DNA from: an uncultured Planctomycetales bacterium | GTDB taxonomy: Bacteria > Planctomycetota > MHYJ01 > JACPRB01 | Reading direction: 5' to 3' | Assembly (NCBI GenBank): GCA_964468745.1 | Contig: CAYXVY010000140.1 | Location: 5,945-69,944 of the forward strand | Length of the DNA stretch: 64,000 nucleotides | Shown: positions 28,274 through 35,893 of the stretch, in pieces | Position numbering within the stretch: position 1 is the first letter of the stretch | Layout: each line of letters opens with the position of its first letter | Position numbers and translations under genes: made by a program | Notes under the pieces: model-generated | Databases searched by the model: none | Seen by the model: only the letters and a program-made list of their open reading frames with translations | What the model was told of the DNA's origin: nothing

Positions 28274-28774
28274 ATGAACGCAAACGTAAACAAGAAGGAC
28301 GGGGGCGAAACGACGCCGAAGGGCGTCCTGCCGCGGCAGGACGATGCACCGGCTTCCCAGCGCACCACCGTGGCGCGGCACGACGCTGCACCGGAATCCC
28401 AGCGCGCCTCCGTGGCGGGGCACGGCATTGCACCGGCTTCCCAGCGCACCACCGTGACGCGGCACGACAGCACATCGGCTTCCCAGCGCACTTCCGTGCC
28501 GAGTCACGACACTGCATCGGCATCTCGACGCACCTCCATGGCGGGGCATGGCACTGCATCGGCAACCCGGCGCACTAGCGTGGCGGGGCACGGCGCTGCA
28601 CTGGCCACCCGGCGCACTTCCGTGCCGCGGCACGACACTGCACCGGCATCCCGATGCACCTCCGTGACGCGGCAGGACGTCGGGATCGCGATCCTCACCC
28701 ACTTCGATCGAGGACCTCCTGTGCATCCATCGCTCTCACGCAGTAACGCGACGGGGAGTGTTTCCCCGTCGTGA
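28274..28774 (+). CDS. Repetitive Ser/Thr/Arg/His-rich protein (8 x 14-aa repeats) encoded directly downstream of the ECF sigma factor; strand assignment tentative
   Basis: AGGGAG-like SD before the ATG at 28274. Body is 8 near-identical 14-residue units (APASQRTTVARHDA...). The complementary strand is also open (PRHGGALGSRC... repeats), so strand is not certain. Confidence 0.35.
   Translation: MNANVNKKDGGETTPKGVLPRQDDAPASQRTTVARHDAAPESQRASVAGHGIAPASQRTTVTRHDSTSASQRTSVPSHDTASASRRTSMAGHGTASATRRTSVAGHGAALATRRTSVPRHDTAPASRCTSVTRQDVGIAILTHFDRGPPVHPSLSRSNATGSVSPS
28346..28681. repeat. 42-bp tandem repeat x8
   Basis: Units gcaccggcttcccagcgcaccaccgtggcgcggcacgacgct and variants are repeated 8 times head-to-tail (28346, 28388, ... 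28640). Confidence 0.9.
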
Positions 28775-28831
28775 CGGTTCGACGAAATCGAACCCGGTTT
28801 TCAATAACAAAACAGATTAGGAGATCTAACC

Positions 28832-29554
28832 ATGTTCATTCCGCAAAACCACAACGCCAGCCAGCGGCTGGTGGATACGTTCGGTACCTATCTCGCGTCC
28901 CGCCTGAAGGCGAACGCCGAGACCCGCAGTCTGTACGAGACCTTCCAGAAGGCGCAGGAGACGCTCGACGCCTCCAATGCCCTTCAGCGGAAGTCCCGGC
29001 GCGGGATGTTGGAGGCTCAGTCCGCGCGTGATCACGCCGCGTTCCTGATGGGGCGCGTGATCGCCAAGTTCCAGCTCGCCGTGCTCGCGCACGTCGAGAA
29101 GGTCCGGACGAGCCCGCTGTACGGCCGTTACTTCAAGGACGGGATGGAAGCGATCGCGCTCGTCCCGCCGCATCGCCTGGTCGAGAACGTGAAGACGTTC
29201 GAACGCGACCTGGCGATGTCCGCGGACGCCGAAGCTCTGCGGTCCTGGGTCCCGGTGCTCGTTGAAGGCCGGATGACCCTGGAGAAGTCCATGGTCGAGT
29301 ACTCCGACGCTCGGATCGTGTACACCAACGCGGTGAACGCCGAGGAGACGGAGCGGCTCCACTGGGTGGAGGCTTACCGCACCGTCGCCGGCGACCTCGT
29401 CGGGATCTACCCGGCCGATCGTCGGAAGATCGAGAGCTTCTTCCGGAAGGGTCGCAAGCCGCGCGGCGGCACGACCCCGACGGAAGCGGCCACCTCCGAC
29501 GAGACGAAGGTGATCGGTCCGCCGACGGCGGGGGAGACCCGAATCGCCATGTAG
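28832..29554 (+). CDS. Hypothetical protein (240 aa)
   Basis: Good SD (ttAGGAGatctaacc-ATG). No recognisable motifs. Lies between the sigma factor/repeat-protein genes and the Ser/Thr kinase. Confidence 0.5.
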   Translation: MFIPQNHNASQRLVDTFGTYLASRLKANAETRSLYETFQKAQETLDASNALQRKSRRGMLEAQSARDHAAFLMGRVIAKFQLAVLAHVEKVRTSPLYGRYFKDGMEAIALVPPHRLVENVKTFERDLAMSADAEALRSWVPVLVEGRMTLEKSMVEYSDARIVYTNAVNAEETERLHWVEAYRTVAGDLVGIYPADRRKIESFFRKGRKPRGGTTPTEAATSDETKVIGPPTAGETRIAM

Positions 29555-29745
29555 ACACCGCACAGTCGCGAGAACGGGGAAGCGGGAAGCGAGAATCGAC
29601 CCGCGACTCGATCGAAGGGCGATGGGAGACGTCAGGTTGCACGCACCCTCCATCCGCGCGATCGAACGTTGAGGTCGTGACTCGCTTCCCCTTCCCCGGA
29701 TCTCCACACCGTTCCCTTTTTCAAACAATTTGATACTCTTCCGAG

Positions 29746-29811
29746 CGGCCTTGCGGCCTCGCTCACCATGAACGGATTCGACTCGGCCTTGCGGCCTCGC
29801 TCACCATGAAC
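29746..29811 (+). repeat. 28-bp direct duplication (cggccttgcggcctcgctcaccatgaac x2) spanning the kinase start codon; the upstream copy creates a 13-codon uORF overlapping the kinase ATG
   Basis: Copies at 29746-29773 and 29784-29811. uORF atg(29768)...tga(29807-29809) = MNGFDSALRPRSP*. Its stop overlaps ATG 29806 (ccATGAac). Confidence 0.8.
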
Positions 29812-31326
29812 TGCCCCGAGTGTAATGCCCCCGACGTCGCCGGCATCTGCTACGCCTGCGTGATGGGCAAGCCAAAGGAAATGTCCTCTGGCCCGGCTTC
29901 GTCGCAGCCGGCGCCCGTCGATCCCGCGAAGGATCTCCCCGCCCTCAAGCGCGGCGACAAGATCGGCGGCTGGTATATCCTCTCACTGATCGCTTCGGGC
30001 GGTCACGCCGTCGTTTACAAAGTCGAAGCCGCCGGCGTCATCGTCGCGACCAAGATGCTGCGACCGTCGATGGCGAAGCGCCCTGAAGTCCTCGCGCGCC
30101 TCCAGCGCGAGAAGGAACTGTTGCAGTCCTTCGACCATCCCAACATCGTAAAGGTCCTCGACAGCGGCAAGGGTCCGCCGCCGTGGTACGCGATGACGCT
30201 CGTCAATGGCAAGTCGCTGCGGCAACGGCTCGATGAGGGGCGCGTACCGGCGACCGAAGCGACGCGCATCGGCGACGCAGTCTGCTCCGTCGTCGAGTAC
30301 GTCCATTCGAAGGACGTCGTGCATCGCGACCTCAAGCCCGCGAACATCATCCTCGACACGCAGGGCCACGTGTGGCTCGTGGACTTCGGCGTCGCGAAGC
30401 ACAAGTCGGACCTCCCCCCGAAGAACGGCCCGACGGGCGCCGACACGCCGGATCAGCAGACCGAGGACGGGCAGTTCGTCGGGACGCGCGACTACGCGTC
30501 GCCGGAGCAGCTCGCGAACTCTCACCTGGCGGACCAGCGGTCGGACATCTACTCGCTCGCCCTCATCCTGTACGAGATGCACACGGGGATCCGGCCGCCG
30601 ACGATCGGCAAGGACGGGCGTCCGGTGCTCACGCAAACGGCGGCGGGGGGGACGCCGCCCGGGGTGCGCAAACTGAGCGCGCCGTCGAAGGATGCGCCCG
30701 TGACGCGGGAGTTCGACGACGCGGTGCTGGAGTCGCTCCTCGTGGATCCCGATCTCCGCCCGCAGTCCGTGGCGGAGTTGAGGGCGGCGCTCAAGGAGGC
30801 GGCGAAGTGGATCTCCTATAAGACGGTCATGGACGAGAAGAAACTCCAGGCGTGGCAGATCGATCAGGCGCGGGAGTGTCATCCGGTCAAGACCCGCATG
30901 TACCGGGGCCGGCTGTTCCTGGATCGAGCCGGTTTCGAGTATGCGCTCCGCGCGTGGCGGCACAAGGGGTCGCAGCCGGACGCGCAGGGGTCGCAGACGG
31001 CGGCGCTAACGACCCTGCTGGCGATCTTCGCGTGCGGCTTCCTGCTGGCGGGGCACGCCGCGTGGGACGATCGGGGGTTGAGCGCGGGTCTGTTCGTGTT
31101 CGGCCTGGGGCTCGGGATCGCGACGTTCCTATTCCACGCGAAGGCGGACAAGGAGATCCGGGAGTCGCAAGGCGGGCTGACGGGGATGGGGTGGGTATGG
31201 TTTGGGACGCTGCTGGCGTCGCTCGCGTTGACGGTTGCGCTGCTGTCGGCGATGACGCGGGAAAAGCCGAAGGTGAAGACGCCGGGGCCGGCGACGTCAG
31301 GCGAAGACGTCCGGCGCGTGCGATGA
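29806..31326 (+). CDS. Serine/threonine protein kinase with N-terminal zinc-ribbon (CxxC...CxxC) and C-terminal transmembrane segments
   Basis: CPECNAPDVAGICYAC; kinase subdomains (VATKML, HRDLKPANIIL, DFGVAKH, GTRDYASPEQ). C-terminal hydrophobic segments (ALTTLLAIFACGFLLAG..., LFVFGLGLGIATFLF, WVWFGTLLASLALTVALL). Confidence 0.85.
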   Translation: MNCPECNAPDVAGICYACVMGKPKEMSSGPASSQPAPVDPAKDLPALKRGDKIGGWYILSLIASGGHAVVYKVEAAGVIVATKMLRPSMAKRPEVLARLQREKELLQSFDHPNIVKVLDSGKGPPPWYAMTLVNGKSLRQRLDEGRVPATEATRIGDAVCSVVEYVHSKDVVHRDLKPANIILDTQGHVWLVDFGVAKHKSDLPPKNGPTGADTPDQQTEDGQFVGTRDYASPEQLANSHLADQRSDIYSLALILYEMHTGIRPPTIGKDGRPVLTQTAAGGTPPGVRKLSAPSKDAPVTREFDDAVLESLLVDPDLRPQSVAELRAALKEAAKWISYKTVMDEKKLQAWQIDQARECHPVKTRMYRGRLFLDRAGFEYALRAWRHKGSQPDAQGSQTAALTTLLAIFACGFLLAGHAAWDDRGLSAGLFVFGLGLGIATFLFHAKADKEIRESQGGLTGMGWVWFGTLLASLALTVALLSAMTREKPKVKTPGPATSGEDVRRVR

Positions 31327-31387
31327 CGGTTCAGGACTTCACCCTGCCACCCTCCGGCACTCGTCGAGTTGCCGGTGGTGCGCCTCA

Positions 31388-31690
31388 TCATCTGAGCTTG
31401 GGGCCGATCCCGCGCACGGCGCTCCACACCGCCAAGACGACGACGCTATCCTTGTGGATCTTGTAGTAGACGTGATAGCGGCTCGACCGTAGCAGGACTC
31501 TGCGAATTCCGGCGACCGTCGGATGCGGATAGGGTCTCCCAGCCCGGGGCGCACCGCTCAGGAGTGAGAAGGCTGCCGCCAGTTCCTCGGCAAACAGATT
31601 GGGGGCAGCGGTCCTTTCGCGACGCCACCAAACATCGATTGTCCGAACCTGCGTTTCGGCCTCGGGAGCAACGAACACCCGCAGGGTCAT
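31388..31690 (-). CDS. parE: ParE/RelE-family type II toxin
   Basis: MTLRVFVAPEAETQVRTIDVWW...GIRRVLLRSSRYHVYYKI...VVLAVWSAVRG is the ParE-like pattern. Start overlaps the antitoxin stop (ATGA). Confidence 0.65.
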   Translation of the reverse strand: MTLRVFVAPEAETQVRTIDVWWRRERTAAPNLFAEELAAAFSLLSGAPRAGRPYPHPTVAGIRRVLLRSSRYHVYYKIHKDSVVVLAVWSAVRGIGPKLR

Positions 31691-31917
31691 CGACCGAAGC
31701 GGAGATCGTTGATCAGGTGGTGCGCGGGGCGAAGTTTGCCCTTCCTGGCCGAGGCCCACGCCCTCTCAATGGCCCGATCGAGAACCATGCGCTCCCGCTG
31801 CGTCAGATCGTCGCCTTCATCGTCCAGGACGAGGTCCAGCGTCGTTCCATCCGGCAGACTCGTCGGCTCATCAAGATGCAAGCGCCCGTTCTTGACGCGT
31901 GCGCGAAGGCTGCCCAT
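31687..31917 (-). CDS. Type II antitoxin (ParD/Phd-like), upstream partner of the ParE-like toxin
   Basis: 76-aa acidic protein (MGSLRARVKNGRLHLDEPTSLPDGTTLDLVLDDEGDD...). Minus-strand TATACT -10 at 31924-31929 sits 6 nt upstream of the ATG at 31917. Confidence 0.55.
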   Translation of the reverse strand: MGSLRARVKNGRLHLDEPTSLPDGTTLDLVLDDEGDDLTQRERMVLDRAIERAWASARKGKLRPAHHLINDLRFGR

Positions 31918-32266
31918 GTCCACAGTATATCAGGGGCGCTCCACGGTTCCAGTTGCGGGACCCGCCCGGGGCCGGTGACCTCCGGCGCGGACGCTAACTC
32001 GCTCGCATGCGGGGTCCTGCCTGATACTCTGCCGTGCCGGCCGGAGTTGCGTCCCGGGGCGCCGGCCTCCCCCATCGTCGTGGGTCTCCATGCTCTTCAG
32101 CGAGCCGTTCTTCCTCTTCCTGCCCCTCCCTCTCACCCTCGCCGCCGCCGGTGCTGAGCCCGGCGTCAGGCCGCTGACGGTCCATCCCCGCCGCACGCGC
32201 GTCGGATCGCCATTCGCCGTCGCTCCGATGAAACGCGAAGCGCGGCGGCGGCAATCGGACGCGCGA

Positions 32267-34501
32267 CTACTCCCGTTCGGTGAGCGTGAAGTCGGCCACC
32301 CGGAACACCAACTCACGGAGGTCCGCCGGACTCTCCAGCCTCGCGGCGTCGCAGAAGAAGCGCAGCGTGTGCCGGCCAGGGGGGACGGTCATCTTCAACA
32401 CGAGCGGCTTGAGCCGCCCGTCGATCTCGAGCTCCTCCGTGATCATGTCGCCTGTCACTCGCAGCCGCGCCGGCGCGGGCCGTCCGGTCGCGCACAGCAT
32501 CGCGAGCTCCACCCCCTTGGGTCGCACGGATGAGTTGATCACGATCAGCTTTCCCTGCGCGCCGCACCAGCGCCAGCTCTCGACAGCGGGCTCCGTTCGC
32601 GGAGCGGAGGCATCCGCGGGAGCCCGTTCCTGCGAATGGAATCCGCTGCGCCAGAGGATCAGCGGCATGTGTAGCGCCGCCTCTCGTCTTCGATTCCACT
32701 CCTCTTCGGTGAACTGCGCCCTGTACTCCGCGCCGAACCTCTCCAGGTCGAAGAACGCCAATCGACCGTTGTCGCTGACCATCGGTTCGAGCCGCAGCAT
32801 CTTCGAAAGACCGGCCTCGAGGTCCCTAGCCTTGTCCGCGAAGGCGGCACGATCGAGGGTGACGCCGGCAAATCCGGCCAGCGTCACCGTTTTCACCCAC
32901 GCGTCCATCGGCTGCGCGGCCACGGTCTCGTGCCAGAGGTCGCCTTCCCTGCCGCGCATCGCGCCGTAGCTCCATCGCAGCGCCCGGGAGTGCATGTAGC
33001 CGCGAAGGAGGTCGTAGTCGAGCATGCCGTTCACGGGACTGGATTCCGGGAACGCGTGGTACGGCAGCTGGTAGATCATCGAACCCTTCGGCACGCGCCC
33101 TTCGATCCGTCGAACGAAGTCCGCGTCACCGGCATACGCCCGTGCGGTCGCGACGTAGGAGGGTATGCACGACGGCGGCGTCATATCGAGGAGGCCCGCG
33201 ATCAACACCAGGGCCAACCCGGCGTGGACGATGCGGCGACTTCGCGTTCCCGTGCCGTACCGCCGGCACGCTTCCTGCATCAGCCACACGAGCGCCAGGA
33301 GCGCGAAGAACGCGATGAACACGCTGATGCGGTTGTACCCGCGGATGTCCGGAGAAATGTAATACGAGAAGACCGCGCCGAGTCCGCCGATGGTGCCGAG
33401 GAGGACGGACGCGATATTCAAAATGCCCAGGGAGTCCAGGAGATCCCCCGCGCCCTCGGGTTTCCGCCGCGCCAGCAGGCGCCCGACCAGGAACAGGAAG
33501 CCGCAGCTTCCAAACAGGCCCAGGGCAGCCATGCGGTTCTCCGTGACCAGGGGCGTGCCGGGTTTGTTGTATCGCGCGCTCAGGGAGGCGAGCCGCGGCA
33601 CCCTGTGGCCCTGGACGGGGACCAGGAGTTGAATGACTTTCAACCCGTAGATCTCAGCCCCCTCAGGGCTGCGCTGAACCGCCTCCGTGTTGGCGCCGTG
33701 CCGCAGGCGGTAGACCAGGTTCGGACCGATGTTCACCAGGACGCCCACGGAGATCACCCCGACAAGAATCGACGCGATGACCAGCGGACGCCATCGCCCG
33801 TGCCAAAGCCGCGCAGAGACTCCCGCGACGAGCAGCAGAAAGCAGCCGAAAAACGCGTAATAGACCGATGCAGAGGACACGAGGATGCAGGTGACGATGG
33901 TGACGACGACTTCGAAGGTTCGCAGATCCCTTGTGGACCACCGGGTGCCGTCGCGGGGAGAGAACTTGTCGAGATGCACCCAGACGATCACCAGGACCAT
34001 CAGGGGGACGTGACCATACGCGCCCACGTAGAGATGTGCGATGCTTCGGGCGAAATGGAACGGGAGGAATGCGTAGAGCAGGCTTCCGACGAGAGATGGG
34101 CCGGCTCCGAATCCGAGCCGCCGGCAGACAAACAGGGCCACCAGCGTGGTCAACGGGTACGTGAGCAGGTAGAAGACGTTGCACACGAGCGCGGGGTCTG
34201 AACAGAAGATGGAGATGAGCTTGATGACCAGGTGCCAGAGGTTATGGGCCGCCGGATAGTCGTGCGAGTCCTGGCCGAAAGGCGCCCCGAGGAAGTCGTT
34301 GTGCAGATACCAGCCGTTGTCGATCGCGCCCTTGATCGCTGCAACGACCGCCATGCTGTCGCCCCCGGCGTACGACAGCGGGACGTGAAGATCCGCACGC
34401 CACAGTTCCATCACGCAGGTGAGGGCCACCAGGGTGATGAGAAGGGCGCCGCCATACAGGGCGGCCGTTCGAGCGATCTGTTCCCGCGGCGGACATTGCA
34501 T
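32267..34501 (-). CDS. Large polytopic membrane protein (~744 aa; ~13 TM + C-terminal soluble domain), YfhO/GT-C-like; candidate polysaccharide glycosyltransferase or polymerase
   Basis: Track ORF 32267..35689(-). Only the part after MQCPPREQ... (ATG ~34501) looks coding; the rest is antisense to the GT2 gene. Many hydrophobic helices. Conserved-looking periplasmic loop YAGGDSMAVVAAIKGAIDNGWYLHNDFLGAPFGQDSHDYP. Confidence 0.45.
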   Translation of the reverse strand: MQCPPREQIARTAALYGGALLITLVALTCVMELWRADLHVPLSYAGGDSMAVVAAIKGAIDNGWYLHNDFLGAPFGQDSHDYPAAHNLWHLVIKLISIFCSDPALVCNVFYLLTYPLTTLVALFVCRRLGFGAGPSLVGSLLYAFLPFHFARSIAHLYVGAYGHVPLMVLVIVWVHLDKFSPRDGTRWSTRDLRTFEVVVTIVTCILVSSASVYYAFFGCFLLLVAGVSARLWHGRWRPLVIASILVGVISVGVLVNIGPNLVYRLRHGANTEAVQRSPEGAEIYGLKVIQLLVPVQGHRVPRLASLSARYNKPGTPLVTENRMAALGLFGSCGFLFLVGRLLARRKPEGAGDLLDSLGILNIASVLLGTIGGLGAVFSYYISPDIRGYNRISVFIAFFALLALVWLMQEACRRYGTGTRSRRIVHAGLALVLIAGLLDMTPPSCIPSYVATARAYAGDADFVRRIEGRVPKGSMIYQLPYHAFPESSPVNGMLDYDLLRGYMHSRALRWSYGAMRGREGDLWHETVAAQPMDAWVKTVTLAGFAGVTLDRAAFADKARDLEAGLSKMLRLEPMVSDNGRLAFFDLERFGAEYRAQFTEEEWNRRREAALHMPLILWRSGFHSQERAPADASAPRTEPAVESWRWCGAQGKLIVINSSVRPKGVELAMLCATGRPAPARLRVTGDMITEELEIDGRLKPLVLKMTVPPGRHTLRFFCDAARLESPADLRELVFRVADFTLTERE

Positions 34502-34540
34502 GGCTGAATCGGGCATCCTATCACCGTCGCGCACGAGCCG

Positions 34541-35512
34541 ATGCGACTCGATCGCAGCCCCCGCCGCGCGTCGAAGGTCTTGACACCCCGCACGGGCACG
34601 GTTACCGTCACCCCCGCGCACGTGGGGAATGGAATAGTGAATCGGCCGTCGGTCGCCGTCGTTCTCACCTCCTACAACGGCAAAGACGACACGCTGGAGT
34701 GCCTGCGCTCCCTGGCTGCCCTCACCTACCCGAACTACTCCGTCATCGTCATGGACGACGCCTCCGGCGACCGCACCGCCGACACCGTCGCGCGCGACTT
34801 CCCCAGCGTCCGCGTCGTCCACAACCCGAAGAATCTCGGCTATATCCGCAACCTCAACCGCGGCGTCATGCTGTCGATGGACGCCGACTACATTCTCATC
34901 CTCAACAACGACCTGACGGTCGCGCCTGACCTGATCGACCGACTCGTCGACGTCGCGGAACGCGACCCCAGGATCGCGCTCTGTGGTCCGGAAATGTATC
35001 GCTATCACGAACCCGACACGCTGTGGGCCGCGGGCGGCGACGTTTCGCCTTGGACCGGGCGTTCCTACCATCACGAGACGAACGGTCTCGCGGGACCCGC
35101 CGATGTGGGCTACATCCCGGGCGCGGCCATGCTCGTCCGGCGCGATGCCTTCGAGCAGATCGGTTTCTTCGAAGCCGCGTACCATGCGTACTTCGAGGAA
35201 GTGGACTTCGCGTTCCGTCTGCGCCGCAGGGGCCACCGCGTCGTCTGCGTCCCGGACGCGCGCATCTGGCACAAGGTCAGCGCGACGATGACGCGCGTGC
35301 TCTCCCCCGAGCAGCGCAAGTTCTACGGCGTGCGCAATCGCCGCTGGGTGCTGCGCAGCCATGCGTCCCCCTGGAAACGCCCGCTGCTCCACGCCATCGA
35401 CGCCGTCGCGAGCGCCTTCCACTTCGCGTACACCATGGCGCGCTCCCCCGGCGAGGCCGGCGCCGTCTTCCGCGGCTACTGCGCCGGGTGGCGGCCAGTC
35501 ACACCCAGCTGA
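34541..35512 (+). CDS. Glycosyltransferase family 2 (real start probably the GTG near 34637)
   Basis: VAVVLTSYNGKDDTLECLRSL...VIVMDDASGDRT...FEEVDFAFRLRRRGHRV. Confidence 0.75.
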   Translation: MRLDRSPRRASKVLTPRTGTVTVTPAHVGNGIVNRPSVAVVLTSYNGKDDTLECLRSLAALTYPNYSVIVMDDASGDRTADTVARDFPSVRVVHNPKNLGYIRNLNRGVMLSMDADYILILNNDLTVAPDLIDRLVDVAERDPRIALCGPEMYRYHEPDTLWAAGGDVSPWTGRSYHHETNGLAGPADVGYIPGAAMLVRRDAFEQIGFFEAAYHAYFEEVDFAFRLRRRGHRVVCVPDARIWHKVSATMTRVLSPEQRKFYGVRNRRWVLRSHASPWKRPLLHAIDAVASAFHFAYTMARSPGEAGAVFRGYCAGWRPVTPS

Positions 35513-35640
35513 TCTCTCAGGCCCTTTTAACGCCGAGAGCGCAGACGCGCTGCAGAAGAGAGCGCAGGTTTGTGGTGGAACGTGGGGCGTGGTCCTTCCG
35601 GAACTTCCGGACAACCGCTGAGCGCGCAGGGGCAAGCAGA

Positions 35641-35845
35641 GGGGTTCCGGGCGCTGAGGTGTCCGCCGCCGTGCGGGCAACGCCCGCACGAGCGGCCACG
35701 CAGAAGCCGTTTCCGAAACGCCCAGCCCTTCTTCGGGAGCGTTTCGGAAACGGCTTCTGCGTGGCCGCGCCCGCGCTACGCGCGGGCCGGCGGACCCGAA
35801 AGAAGCTCTCCGCGCCCCAAGCGACTCCTGTCCTCCTCTGCGTTC
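35641..35845. repeat. Copy 2 of the ~200-bp palindromic structured repeat element; lies between the convergent GT2 and GT2-GT-C genes
   Basis: Perfect 22-bp inverted repeat (gcagaagccgtttccgaaacgc / gcgtttcggaaacggcttctgc, ~35700-35760), loop ccagcccttcttcggga. Arms ggggttccgggcgctgaggtgtccgccgccgtgcgggcaacgcccgcac and gcgcgggccggcggacccgaaagaagctctccgcgccccaagcgact match copy 1 (inverted). Confidence 0.75.
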
Positions 35846-35893
35846 TCTGCGGTTGTCCGGCAGGCGAGCGGAGATTTGATGCCCCGCGTGTCT

